Shown here piece by piece: positions 27,005-40,468 of a stretch of 63,956 nt of DNA. The notes under the pieces are model-generated. The model had not been told where the DNA came from, searched no databases, and worked only from the letters and a program-made list of their open reading frames with translations. Source of the stretch: Octopus sinensis. Lineage: Eukaryota. The stretch is from contig NC_043001.1 of the NCBI RefSeq assembly GCF_006345805.1, positions 130,200,045 through 130,264,000 of the forward strand, given 5' to 3'. Every line of letters begins with the position of its first letter. The first letter of the stretch is position 1. A program made the translations under genes and the position numbers.

Positions 27005-27636
27005 ATATGACTAGGGTATCATGTCCATCCATTTATTGTCTTGGTTGGGTCACTCAGCTTGAGCTGTGGCTATGCAGACCAATGCGAAAATGACAGTCTT
27101 GGTCACATAGATCGCATTTGTGTGTGGATTCTGGTCTGTCGGCTGTCGATCGCTTGCATCGGGCTCACTTTTCTGCAGCTGCAGTTGACAGCTTCTCTTC
27201 ACCAATCCGTAGTTGTTTGAGAAGTGCACTTTTCCACTTGGTGCAGTCCACTGCCAGGTCCTCCCAGGAGTTGATGTCGATGTTGAGCACCTTCATATCC
27301 CTCCTGCACACGTCCTTGTACCTCAGCTGTGGGCAGCCCTTGTTTGTCTGTCCTACTGCAAGTTCTCCATAGAGAATGTCTTTTGGGATTCGGCTATCCT
27401 CCATACAGCGAACGTGGCCTAGCCAGCATAGTAGACATTGTCTCAGCAAGGTGTACATGGAAGGGAGGCCAGCACGAGTCAGGACGTCAGTGTTAGTCAC
27501 CTTGTCCTGCCAGGAGATGCTGAGTATGTGTCGTAGGCTTCTGAGATTGAAGCTGTTCAGCTTTTTTTCTTGATGGGCATATGTGGCCCATGTCTCGTTG
27601 CCATACAACAGGGTGCTGAGGACACAGGCATTGTAC
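27005..27636 (-). mobile_element. Second RTE-clade LINE 3' fragment (different family)
   Basis: ORF 27165-27644: VYNACVLSTLLYGNETW...ILSISWQDKVTNTDVL...WLGHVRCMEDSRIPKDILYGEL...RYKDVC, followed by HKCDLCDQDCHFRIGLHSH. This is the post-RT C-terminus of RTE elements. Confidence 0.9.
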
Positions 27637-27760
27637 ACACACACACACGCATATATATGTGTGTATATATATATATATATAGATATATAATAAAAATATT
27701 AAAATTACTAAGTCTCTCTAAAGGAGATTACGGCAGCATTACTGGAAATTAGTAGTTATC

Positions 27761-27811
27761 GCCATTGATAAGGGGCAACAACCCTGAAACGTCTGTAGCT
27801 GTCCGACTGGC
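27761..27811 (+). ncRNA. Variant or degenerate hammerhead motif (U3-A8 core)
   Basis: gcca-TTGATAA-gggg caacaa ccct-GAAA-cg...cg-AC-tggc. Stem I gcca/tggc. The cleavage triplet GAC is non-canonical. Confidence 0.35.
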
Positions 27812-27960
27812 AGGATGAAGCGGCTGACCTCCCTTGTTCGAAGGTTTGTGATGGACGCAGGTTCGTGTGTCAAATAGCTAGCTTGAGGCGGTGGCCTCTT
27901 GGAGCTAATCAGCGACAGCTTTAGTCTTATACTTATAAGACTGCCATATTAGTATGGCGA

Positions 27961-28006
<46 letters not shown>

Positions 28007-28455
28007 ACATTATTATCCAAGTTAGAAAATTAATTAATTTATTAATTAATCAACATATTCACCTGCAATTGTTGCATTTCACAATCAAATTAAAATTACG
28101 AACATATGAATTTATAATTTTACATTTTAAATACCTTGTATGGGAAATCATACAGAGGAAAATAAGGATTACATAAGGATATTGTACAAATATACAGGAT
28201 ATACAGACATGTTTATATATAATAAACATGTCTACATATTCTGAGGATTCCAAATGTATCCTAATGTAATCCTTATTGCCCTTTGCACACCCTGATAATT
28301 TTCCAAATGAGGTTTTCAAAATGCAAAATTATATATTTATTTGTGTTTTGTAATTTTAATTTTGTTTGTGAAATGAAACAATTGTAGAAGAATATGTTGA
28401 TTAATTAATAAATTAATTTGTATCCGTTAGATCTCTCTAACTTGACAATAATGTT
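28007..28455. repeat. AT-rich segment bounded by ~50-bp inverted repeats (MITE-like or PLE-like)
   Basis: ..aatttattaattaatcaacatattc (to 28060) versus gaatatgttgattaattaataaatt.. (from 28391). Confidence 0.6.
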
Positions 28456-28487
28456 TGATGTTTTACGATATTTTATATATTTTATAT

Positions 28488-28730
28488 ACCAGGCATTGTG
28501 TATGTTTATTGAGTGAAAACACCTAAAGCTCCATGAGGCTCCAGCAGGGGGTGGTGGTGACCCCTGTTGTACTCTTTCACCCCAACTTTCTCTCACTCTT
28601 CTTTCCTGTTTCTTGGGTAATGGTTCGATGGACTGGCATCCTGTCCAGCTGGGGGGAACACATACGCCACAGAAACCAGGAAACCGGGCCCATGAGCCTG
28701 GCTACGCTTGGAAAGGGTGCATAAATAATA
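28488..28730 (+). mobile_element. SINE family B, 5'-truncated, tail type iii
   Basis: Family B body (aaaacacctaaagctcc..actctttcacc) followed by a gatggactggcatcctgtccag..gaaaccgggcccatgagcc tail and an A-rich end. Confidence 0.75.
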
Positions 28731-28738
28731 AATAAAAA

Positions 28739-28781
<43 letters not shown>

Positions 28782-28939
28782 CAAAATGAGAAAATGGAGA
28801 AATATATCTAAATCAATCATCAACCATCAGATAATACCCAATCAATACTTTATTAAACCATTACACAATAGCAATGATATTATACATTAATATAGTACAA
28901 ATATAACAAGACATAGAAATAGAAATAGAAATACATTTA

Positions 28940-29065
28940 CATTGTAGCTGACAGCTGTTTCGGCCGTGAAGACAGGTATGTCCCATTTAACCTATTAGCC
29001 ATATAAAGCAGGTATAAATGAGACATTAACAAGAATATCTCATGGCCTCTTCAGAGAATTTAATG
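28940..29065 (-). ncRNA. Type I hammerhead ribozyme motif with long loop 2, weak stem I
   Basis: On the minus strand: CTGAAGA (29054-48), stem II GGCC/GGCC with imperfect extension, GAAA (28961-58), palindromic stem III ACAGCTGT, GUC. Stem I has only 2 proximal bp plus distal catt/aatg. Confidence 0.6.
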
Positions 29066-29903
29066 CAAGTATGAAATATATGCATATATATAAGAGTGTA
29101 TACATATATAACATGTCAACTGTATCGATCAAACTACAGGATGTTGTTATAGACTGCTGATTACAGTGTGTTTCTGATTCTTTCTTCACTGGACCCTTCT
29201 TTTCGATGTGGCCACAAAATTTAACTAATTTATCTTCCCATGGTCATGGAGGCCTTCCAAATTTTTCCTGTCTCTGTCTCTAGGATAGCACTCAGAAACT
29301 GCCTGGGTCCACCTGCTATCTGTGAACCTTGCTCATATTTCTGACACATATGAACCTGTGGTTTAGGTATTCAGATTTCACATTATCATTCATCATCATT
29401 GTTCGACCGTGATCGAGACAATGGAATTTACCATGCTACGCCAGACTTCATGGTCCATCATGGCATTACGGAGGTCCTGTTGCTGGATACCTGTATCCCT
29501 GGAGATTACATCAGGGTAGGAGAGTGTGCGCCCTCTGGTATTGCGAGTAGATGGCTTCTAGAGGAGAAGAGTAGAAATTACTTCTTTTTCAGCTCTACAA
29601 CAATGTCCAGCAAACTGGACTCTCCTACCTTTCACATTATACACTGCTTATGATTGGAAAGAAAATAAAATAGAGAGACCTGTAACACAGAAAACAACCA
29701 AGCACTTCTCCTCCAAGACTACCTGCTGTGACCTGCAAAGCTGATCTGTAAATGGAGCAGGGCTTCAGTTGGACAAAACATGATGAGGTGGTCAAAATGT
29801 ATGGTTGGTAGAGTAAGAATGGAAGTAAGGAGCCAACACTGAACAGTATCAGGTAGCTTGAAGAGGTGAGAGCTGTCAGATATACTCAGTAAGGAGTAGG
29901 CTT

Positions 29904-30134
29904 AGGCAGTGAGCTGGCAGAATCGTTAGCACCCCGGGCAAAATGCGTAGCCGTATTTCGTCTGTCGTTATGTTCCGAGTTCAAATTCCACCGAGGTCGA
30001 CTTTGCGTTTCATCCTTTCGGGGTCGATAAATTAAGTACCAGTTACGCACTGGGGTCGATGTAATCGACTTAATCCGTTTGTCTGTCCTTGTTTGTCCTC
30101 TCTGTGTTTAGCCCCTTGTGGGTAGTAAAGAAAT
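29904..30134 (+). mobile_element. SINE family A with 17-bp TSD
   Basis: Same sequence as 14792-15022. TSD atatactcagtaaggag at 29880-96 and 30135-51, with a few extra nt 5' of the SINE. Confidence 0.9.
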
Positions 30135-31145
30135 ATATACTCAGTAAGGAGAGAAATGGAAAGTAAGAAGTTTCTCAATGTCAAAGGTGTGAGATATTCC
30201 AGATTGCAAAGGATTATGTCATTTAGGAAATGTATGGAAAGAGTGATAGTCCTACAGCCCTTATCACTGATACCAGGAAGGATGAGGATGTTGAATGAAG
30301 AGAATGCCCGAAAGGGAGAGAGTGACAAACCCAAGCAAATCCAACAGTGGGAGGAACTTGTTGAAATCAGCAGCTACATAGATATGAAGACAAGGGAAGT
30401 TGTTGGTCCTTAAGGGGATAGTCACTGACATGCTGAAAATGTCAAAGGAGGACTTTATTTTTCCTATATTCTTTATCTTTTATTTGTTTCAGTCATTGCA
30501 CCATGACAATGCTGGGGCACTGCCTTGAGGGGTGTAGTCAAATAAGTCAACTCCAGTTCTTATTTTATTAAAGCTTGGTACTTATTCTATCAGTCTCTTT
30601 GGCTGAGCTGCTAAGTTATAGGGACATAAACAAACTAATACTGGTTGTCAAGTGGTGGTGGGGGATAAATAAGAAGGCACACATGCATACATACACACAT
30701 ACACACATACACACACATGCACACACATACACACACATATGCAAACAATTGGCTTCCATACAGTTTCCATCAACCAGATTCACTCACAAGGCATTAGTTG
30801 ACCCTTGGCTATAGCAGAAGATGCTGTACAGTAGGACTGTACCTGAAGCCATGTGGTTATAGAGCAAGCTTCTCACTATATTTAAGCAATAATTACTTGC
30901 ATTGTGGTTCAGGTAGTACAGGTGTCACCTCTGACTAGCATAGCAGTGGCACTGTCTCCCAGAACAAAGACAAGAAAGTTACAAATATCATCTTTAAACT
31001 ACATACGGAAAAAAGAAAAACATTTCTTTATAAAGTCTCATGAGAATTTGTCATTTACTGAGTTATCAACACTTTTCTGTCAGTATGTGTGTGTATATGT
31101 ATGTGTGTTGTCATTGACAATGGCTCCTCCTCTCCTTCCTCCTCA

Positions 31146-31372
31146 GTGAGCTGACAGAAACGTTAGCACGCCGGGCGAAATGCTTAGCAGTATTTCGTCT
31201 GCCGTTACGTTCTGAGTTCAAATTCCGCCGAGGTCGACTTTGCCTTTCATCCTTTCGGGGTCGATTAAATAAGTACCAGTTACGCACTGGGGTTGATATA
31301 ATCGACTTAATCCGTTTGTCTGTCCTTGTTTGTCCTCTCTGTGATTAGCCCCTTGTGGGTAGTAAAGAAATA
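31146..31372 (+). mobile_element. SINE family A
   Basis: Near-identical to the other family A copies. Confidence 0.88.
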
Positions 31373-32555
31373 GGTATGAGTTGGATGGTTTGACAGGAGC
31401 TGGTAAGGTCAGTGCCCGCACCAGGTTACGTAATCTGTTTTGGTTTGGTTTGTACTACTGAATGCCCTTCCTAATGTCAACCACCTTACACAGTGTATTG
31501 GGTGCTTTTTACATGACACCAGCACCGGTATCAATTCTGCTGTGGTGGACAGGTCTTCTTGAGAGAATTTCCTTCTTCATTTGTACATCCTTATTTGTGT
31601 TGGTGCCTCTGATGTCTGGCAAGACCAATTTTTCCAAGGAACAACAGTAATAGATGTTAGAAGAGTTGGCTGGAATTGATATGTCTTTCATCATAACCAT
31701 CTATCTTCTTCATTTCTTCAAGGATGTGCTTCAAAGTGTTTGGCACCACATATATGTGTGAGTGTGCCTGTGCACATATGTGTGTATGTATTATATTCTT
31801 TAGGTAGAATTGGCAGGATAGGTTAAGGCAGAGTCAGAAGGAACTGGTGGAAGCAGGTCGGTGAGAAGGGTGTGTTAGCCAGTATGGGGAAGTGGAAGTT
31901 GAGGGGCAGTGGATAAGTAGCAGGCTTGCAGCAAAAACAGAAAAATAATAACAAATAATCAACAAAGATTATCGGTCTATCAGCTTGCATTTTATCATTT
32001 TGTGAAAAGAGTTGCTTTTCTTATTTTTAAATCAAGTTCTGTACTTTTTGGTTGTTGTTTATTGTTATTGCTATTTGTTGGTGTTGCTGTTGTTGTTGTG
32101 GTTGTTGTTTTCATAATTTTTATTTACACTTTTCTCTGTCCATCTTCTTTTATGTCCACACCCACCAAAACAGAATAAGAGTACAGGAAAAAAAAAAAAA
32201 ATTTAGCCATAAAATAAAAGCAGCCAACAAACACACAGACACCACATATAGATACATATATGCACGCAAACAAGCGCATATCCATGTAACAAAACTGAAG
32301 ATGCATACGTACACATGCATTAACACACACGCACACACACATATACAAACATGCGTGTGTGTCTGTGTGTGTATATATATGTGTATGTATGTAGTACATA
32401 TATATATACACACATATATATATATACATATATATACAAAGAGAGAGAGAAACAGATATAGATATATATTGATAGGTGTGTGTATGTGTAGATAGATATT
32501 TACATATATACATATATCTTTCAGTATTTATCTATATATATATATAGATATATAG

Positions 32556-32586
<31 letters not shown>

Positions 32587-33063
32587 CATATACTGTATAT
32601 ATACACACACACACATACACAAACAGCATTGAGATGTTTAAACCTATACATACCGACACATGCACAAGAATAGCATCTAATATGCATATACTCACAAATG
32701 TATAGAAATGCCATTACACAGATACACACACACATATAAATACATAACCAAGAGAATTCCAGTGCACACTAAAATTTACTGAAGAATGCACACACGTATA
32801 CATAGAAATGCAAACATATACACACATGAATATACAATTACATCACAGTCCATGCATGCATATGCACTCATACGCCTATACAAGCATACTCATGAAAATA
32901 GAAATATGTGTGGACACATATACACACACACATATTTTACAAGCATGTAAAATTCTCAACACACACATAAACACGCAGATAAAAATACAAACACGTGTAC
33001 TGTATACAAACATAAAACTTACCCACACAAACATGAACGCAAACATCATACATATGTACATGT

Positions 33064-33112
<49 letters not shown>

Positions 33113-33229
33113 GTACACACACATATATATGAATGTATATTTATGTATATATGCATGCATATATATATTTATATGTATATATATATATATTATATATATG
33201 CATATATGTGTGTGTGGTGTATATATGTT

Positions 33230-33270
<41 letters not shown>

Positions 33271-33320
33271 GGTATGTATATACATATATATATAATATAT
33301 ATACATATATAATACACACA

Positions 33321-33363
<43 letters not shown>

Positions 33364-33421
33364 CTACATGCACACAAATGCATTTTTAAAATTTAAAAAG
33401 TGGTCTTTACCACCATCACCA

Positions 33422-33456
<35 letters not shown>

Positions 33457-34006
33457 CTACCACTGCCACCATTGCCACCACCACCTCCATCCTCCCCCAC
33501 CAATACAGAATTCAAGCAAACAAATGGAGATTAGGTTTTTGACCCTCAAAAAGAAAGATCCTTCCTTGGAGACTTTGGAATTGCTGCCGGCCAAAATTTA
33601 CTTGCCAAATTCTATGGCAGCTGTTTTTTTGTCTATCACTGCAAACATCTTACACACTTTCTGAACATCGTAGTCCGATAGAAATCATAGCTATCCGTAT
33701 CTCTACAACCGTTTGCAAACGCTGTAATAGTCGTTTGATATTTCAACACCCAAGGGCGGTCTGCTCTTGCCTCTCACTCTCCTTCTCTTTCTGTATCTCC
33801 CTCTTTTACTCTTTATTTCTTTCTCTCTTTTCTCATTCTTTTTTCTCTTTCTGTCTATCAATTTTTCTTTTCTTTATCATTTTCTTTATCAATCGCTCAC
33901 TTTGGCCTTTTTTCTTTTGGTGAAACTATCTGGAAGTGTACCTGTCTGTGTTTGTATGTTTTTGTCTGTGTCTGTGTTTGTGCGTGTGTTTTGTATGTGT
34001 GTGTAC

Positions 34007-34038
<32 letters not shown>

Positions 34039-34112
34039 GTAGTTGCATGAATCAGTATGTGTGTGTGTATGTGTGTATACATATACCTGCATTGGTATGT
34101 ATTGGTATTCTG

Positions 34113-34153
<41 letters not shown>

Positions 34154-34202
34154 CCCATAATGTTGATATATTTATATATATAATTGATTGCATATATATA
34201 AT

Positions 34203-34246
<44 letters not shown>

Positions 34247-34847
34247 GTATTATGCATATATATATATATATGTGTGTGTGTGTGTATATATATATAAATG
34301 CCTACATGCTGGTTTTGCTCTGTGTTTGTTTTGTAACGTGTATGTGCACGCTCATATGAATAATATGATATTTAATATGCATATGTGTGTGGATGTATAT
34401 ATGTCTGATGTGTGCATATGGTTATTATATGTATATATGTAACTATGTGAACTTTAGTTAATATGTCTGTGCATATATTAGTTGATGTGTGACTGTGTAT
34501 ATTTCTGTATATTCTTTTCATTCATGCATGTTTGAAAATGTAGAATGATGAAATTTAAATCCATCTTTGCAATATTTTGTATGTATACACACACACATAT
34601 GCATATATATATATATATATACAGAAAGAGAGAGGAGAGAGATAAGCATATCTGTGTCTGTGTGGTTAAGAAGTTTGCTCTGCAGTCACATAGTTTCAGT
34701 TTCGGCCCCACTGTGGTGCATGTTGGTCAAATGTCTTCCATTATAGTTCCAGGCTGACCAAAGATTTTAAGTATATTTGACAGATGGAAACTGAAAGAAG
34801 CTCTATGTGTATATATATATATATGCATGGGTGTTTGCGTATGTGTT

Positions 34848-34878
<31 letters not shown>

Positions 34879-35743
34879 TCTACATATGTGGGAAATTCTG
34901 TCTGTAAGTGTGTTTGTGGAGTTGTTAGCTAACTCCTCCTATGTCGTTTTATCAATTTTGATGAAACTTGAGATGTGACTAGAACTCATGTCTGGAAACC
35001 TCATCGCATACTCAGATTGTTGGAAAAAATCGATAATAGGGCCCTTGAAGGGATCCTTATATATAACTAATATATTTTATTTTAATATCCAAAGGAAATA
35101 ACCCATCCATTTTCTAAATTATTTTGTATAGATCAAATTGAGTATACTCATTTCTTAGTATTTGACCTGTTAGAGTTATTTTCACAACTTATCCAGTACA
35201 ACCCTTAAACAAGTAAATAGTATTTTCCAAAACAGTAGATCCACTTATTTCGGTTAGTGACTATTCACAAATGTACCAACACTAGTGCCCCTGAGGGTAA
35301 TATTCTCTGGGAATGCACAAAAACCTTTTCAGAATTATTTACTCTGAATTGTTATCATCTCATATATGATTAGCCTGTTATTATGTAACATGCTTTACAA
35401 TTTTAGTATACATACCTTATTAGTATTTCCTCTCTAAGTTCTATATACTCTGGGAACACATTAAAACCTTTTTCAGGGGCTACTTTATTTGAATTCTTAC
35501 TATTGGGTAACTAATTTCATGTTATTACATAACTGACTTCACAATTTGGGTATTCATAACTTATTGGGAATTCCTAAAAACAAGATCCTGTGTAAGGCAT
35601 TTCAGTATTGTCTGTAAATGCACAAAAACCATTCTAAGAGCTACATACTTTGTATTGTTGTTATTGGATTAGCAAAACAATAATGGGAACAGAACCAAGG
35701 GATAAGCCCCACTTTCCTGGGAATTACCGGGTACGTCAGCTAG
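34879..35743 (+). mobile_element. Non-autonomous Helitron with internal ~150-bp tandem repeats
   Basis: 5' TC and 3' cctgggaattaccgggtacgtcagCTAG|t. Contains the ttttgatgaaacttg motif and three diverged internal repeats starting ~35309, ~35452 and ~35614. Confidence 0.7.
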
Positions 35744-35788
35744 TATATGTATATATATATATGTATGTGTATACATATATGTGTGTAC

Positions 35789-35911
35789 AATTAAATTTAG
35801 GGTAAAAATGATATTTATCAATTAGAACCAGTGGTCTAGCATATTAAAGAAAGAATCGAAGATTGACCACTGGTTCTATTGATAATATCAATTTTTACCC
35901 TAAATTTAATT
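35789..35911. repeat. Inverted repeat (~48-bp arms) upstream of the hammerhead at 36108
   Basis: aattaaatttagggtaaaaa..agaaccagtggtc versus gaccactggttct..tttttaccctaaatttaatt. Confidence 0.85.
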
Positions 35912-36107
35912 TTATAAAATATTTGGTCTCTAACCGATAAATTAACTGATGCAAACTATTAGCTGCAGGCTAGTTTTCTCGGGTCTCATCGCGCCAAAAT
36001 TAGAGACATTTGAAATATATATTTCAAATGTAATAGGCCGTACTCAATGCACGCGATATTTCGGTATCGTGTTGGCATTTAGTACAGCAAATACATTTTA
36101 TATGGGA

Positions 36108-36173
36108 CCATGCTGATGATGGCTGCACTTTTCCTTGCGGAAAATAACAGCCGAAACTAAATTTAGTACATGG
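36108..36173 (+). ncRNA. Type I hammerhead ribozyme motif (GUA site)
   Basis: Stem I ccatg/catgg. CTGATGA 36113-19, one extra U, then stem II GGCTG/CAGCC with inner ttttcc/ggaaaa hairpin. GAAA 36153-56. Palindromic stem III ACTAAATTTAGT. UA at 36167-68. Confidence 0.8.
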
Positions 36174-36329
36174 GTAAATATTTATTTCGTATATTTTTCA
36201 CTTGTTTTGTTTTGGTTTTGTGTTGAGTTGATCGAGAACATAGACTTTTTGTGGAGAATGGCGATTGAGTCTATATCTAGCATGTTGACTGTCCACTTTT
36301 CGTGTTCAGTCCTTAATTGGTATATATAG

Positions 36330-36375
<46 letters not shown>

Positions 36376-36379
36376 TATT

Positions 36380-36591
36380 CTTTTATTTGTTTCAGTCAGT
36401 TTGACTACTGCCATGCTGGAGCACCACCTATAGTCAAGCAAATCGCCCCCAGGACTATTCTTTGTAAGCCTAGTACTTATTCTATCGGCCTCTTACGCCA
36501 AACCACTAAGTTACGGGGATGTAAACACACCAACATCGATGTCAAGCAATGTTAGGGAACTCAAACACAACATATACACACACATACATAC

Positions 36592-36637
<46 letters not shown>

Positions 36638-36782
36638 ATATATATAATATATATATATGTATATATATGATGGGCTTCTCTCAGTTTCCATCTACCAAAT
36701 CCACTCACAAGGCTTTGGTCAGCCCAAGGCTATAGCAGAAGACACTTGCCCAAGGCGCAGTGGGACTGAACCTGGAACCATG
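36380..36782 (-). mobile_element. SINE family D
   Basis: Reverse-complement copy. Confidence 0.8.
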
Positions 36783-37235
36783 CGTGCGTTTGTGTGTGTG
36801 TGTGTAATGAACAAGAGAAACAGAAGATGGATTTTGTTGGCTACACTGACATTAATCCAGTGACAATTATATTGTAACAGTGATTGGCATCAGGTAGCCT
36901 AAACGGTGAAAGTGTTTTAATGAGCATACTACTAGGCATATACCCAAAGTCTAAATAATTACTAGTGTTGTGTGTTTGTGTATTGGCCGCCAACAATTTT
37001 TTCTGCTAAATAGGGGTAGATTATTCTGTTCAGGCTATATTGTTAGCATTAGCCTGCGTTTGAGAATCTAAAATCACTTCTTTAACTTTCTAAGACATCT
37101 CAACGCTTCTAAAGCAAACTTCGTTTGTTTGTTTACGTTCATCATAATTTGATTTTATATATATATATATATTATATTAAATTAGAGACAAAACCACTAT
37201 TAGGCAAATCAAATGATATACCCTTGAGGAAAGCA

Positions 37236-37281
<46 letters not shown>

Positions 37282-37679
37282 GCTTGTTTTTTTATGTTCT
37301 GTTATAATAAAAACAGTTTTACATTATATGTTATGTCCTCCATTATGATGATGTAAGCCAGATGAGGTAAGGTGGTGAACGCTACCCTCCGCAGAATCCC
37401 AAATTTTATTTTGGTTTGCGGGAGCAACTGTTTTCTCAAAGGTACATATTGTTGTGAATTGCTCGAAATGTGGAGTAGATAAAACAGCCAACAACTGATG
37501 AAGAGTCCTTCTTTATGCTTGTCTTGCTTTCCATTTGTTTCTCTCGTTGTTTGCAAAAAATAAGTTTGTCTTCGTATTTCATGTTGTTTTCTGTATTTCA
37601 GATTTCATGTTTTCGTATTTCATGCTGTTTACATTTTTTGACGTCCTGTACCCATATATGCATATATATATATATATAT

Positions 37680-37878
37680 ATTTATTTTATAGAAGGAGGT
37701 TCTACAGGACTAGAACTGTTTCATTCAAAAGAAATCATCAGGAAGCTCATGATGATTTCTTTTGAATGAAACAGTTCTAGTCCTGTAGAAGCTCCTTCTA
37801 TAAAATAAATTAAGTTACTCTGCTATGTATTGAGTACCTTATTTACTGTGGTTAACCCCGACTCAACCCGGGACCTAC
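37680..37878. mobile_element. Fold-back (inverted pseudo-LTR-like) element, probable Penelope-like fragment
   Basis: ~60-bp near-perfect inverted arms 37680-37740 / 37750-37810, then a 3' extension ending cccgggacctac. Same family at 61807-61980. (TA)n flanks. Confidence 0.7.
37697..37747 (-). ncRNA. Type I hammerhead motif in the left arm of a fold-back element
   Basis: On the minus strand: agcttc-CTGATGA-tttcttttgaat-GAAA-cag ttctagtc ctg-TA-gaacct. Stem I has one mismatch. The plus-strand arm has the perfect gaagct but a C3>A core change. Confidence 0.6.
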
Positions 37879-38654
37879 ATATATATATATATATATACAC
37901 ACACATGTATATGTCAGTATGTACATATATGTATGTATATATGCCTATATATATATATTTATATTTGTATTATATAATTAAGTGTAGTGTTGTGGGTTGA
38001 ATTCCTCAAGTCAGGTAGCATGATATACCCTTGAGGAAAGCCCTTTTTGTCTTACATTGTTTAATTTTTCTCAGCTAAAATGAGTAGCAGCCAAGTGGTG
38101 CTCTAGCTCTCTTCCCCACCCCCTATGTATCACATCCTAAATGTTCCGAAGGGTCGAGGGTGGTGCTGAGGCAGGGAGTGGATAAAAGAGTGTATTTGTT
38201 TTTGTTTGCAAGTATTTCGGGACCTGAAAATGATGTGAAATGATGGGATGTAAAATATCTCTTCCAACAGGATTTTCGACTTCTTTCCAGAACCTAAGGT
38301 TTCATGTAGGGAAAAAGAAAAATCAGCATTTATTCAACTAGATTTGATATCACAAATGACACTCCACCAGTGTAGCTTAGATTCCAAAATGGTCACAAAA
38401 TGTCTATTAAAAGATGTGTATGCATGTGTGTAACTAAATTTTATTCGTGTTTGTCTCTCACTGCTTGACAACTAGTGTTGATTTGTTTACATCCCTGTAT
38501 ATCTAGTGTTACTGGGAATCCCTTATATACTCAGCATGAGATGTATCCCTACACGACACAGATCACCTCATGTTTTACCATCTGGTCACTTTGGTCCTGG
38601 AATGGCATAGCACGGAACAATCTATGAAATTGGTGGAATACATATCAATCCATT

Positions 38655-38690
<36 letters not shown>

Positions 38691-40079
38691 TTCACCATCA
38701 TCCTCATCATTTTCCCCATCATCATCATCATCATAATCCTCATTGTCATCATTTATATGTCCACTTTTCCATGCAGTTGTATTTTAAATTTAATTTTGAT
38801 GGTATGAGAGACACTGCATGTAACAAGCTGTTATGAACCTTATTCATTGATACATTTCAGAGTAAGTGACCTGCAGATTAAAGTCACAAACCATAGAGCT
38901 CTCGTGTACACATCCTGAAGTTCAAGGGCTATTGACTCACTGCATCCACCATGTGTGCATCACCAAAGATCTCTGTACTTCAGTGAACCATGGACCGAGA
39001 TATCATTATTAGATTTTTGGGGTAGGATGGTAGTGCGAGAGTGAGAGAAAGAAAGAGGTGTTTGAGTATCAAATACCCAATGATGCTATTGTTCACAATT
39101 GCAATTAATTAATAAAAACAACAACAACAACAACAATACAGTTACATCAAAGAAAAAATACAAAACAAAATAAATTAAAAACAATGACAAAAAAAAATAA
39201 TAATATACATCTTAATTAAAGAAACCAGCTGCAACTTTAAGATGACTGGCAATAACATTGATGAGAAAAACTCAAGTGAACATTTATTTCGTTTCTTTTT
39301 CGTACTTGATTGAATTTGTTTGTTTGTTTGTTTGTTTCTTTATTTATTTATTTACTTTTTTTTTTTTGAAATTTAAAATTGAAATGGAATTAAATTGAAA
39401 TAACAATAATAACAACAGCAAAAATATAATAATAATAATAATATTGATGATGACTTCTGACTTAGGCACAAGGCCATAAATTCAAATTGCGCAAGGAATT
39501 TGTATAGTTAATTTGAATGTCCCTAGTTCTCGACTGGTACTTTATTTTATTGCCACCACCCAGCACCACCCCATACCACTACCACCCACCAGAAGAACGA
39601 AAAACAAATTTGTTGGCCCCGGTGGGTTTTAAATTTGCTATGTAAAAAAGGGGCCATAAGCTACTTTGCCTGTCACTTTCAACAGATTCGTTCACTTTCA
39701 TCCAATCATTTATAACAATAAGGATCTGAAGAGGAAAAGATTATATAGATTAGTTTCAAATCTTGGTACAAGGCCAGCAATTTCAGGGGAGGGGGAAGGA
39801 AGTTGATTACATCGACCCCAGTGTTCAACTGGTACTTATTTTATCAACACTTGAATGGATAAAAGACAAAGTTGGCATTGGCAGGATTTGAACTCAGAAC
39901 ATAAAGACACATGAAATACCACTAAACATTTTGTCCAGTATGTTAATGGTTCAGCCAGCTCATTGCCTTAAGGATTACATAGACTAATCACCAATCATAA
40001 TTATGAAAAAAATCTCGTCACCATATTTCTGTTGAAATACATACACTACTCTTGTTTCAGTTAATTTCTAAAGCATTCT

Positions 40080-40468
40080 TTTATTCTTTTACTTGTTTCA
40101 GTCATTTGACTGAGGCCATGCTGGAGCACCACCTTTAGTCAAACAAATCAACCCCAGGACTTATTCTTTGTAAGCCTAGTACTTATTCTATCTGTCTCTT
40201 TTGCTGAACCGCTAAATTACAGGGACGTATGTACACCAGCATCGGTTGTCAAGCGATGGTGGGGGTACAAGCGCAGACACACAAGCATACACACACACAC
40301 ACACGATGTGCTTCTTTCAGTTTCCATCTACCAAATCCACTAGCAAGGCTTTGGTCAGCCTGAGGCTATAGTGGAAGACACATGCCCAAGGCACCAAGCA
40401 ATGGGACCGAACCCGGAACTCTGTGGTTGGTAAGCAAGCTACTTACCACACAGTCACTCCTGCACCTA
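40080..40468 (-). mobile_element. SINE family D
   Basis: Reverse-complement full-length copy. Confidence 0.85.

Noticed and set aside
29160-30440. Moderately GC-rich segment with faint similarity to a Penelope-type RT C-terminus (minus strand)
   Set aside because: Too degenerate to assign by eye; needs a tBLASTx or HMM search.
37335-37510. gagcaa..ttgctc-GAAA stem and downstream ctgatgaag
   Set aside because: No CUGANGA in the correct position relative to stem II; at best a decayed hammerhead.
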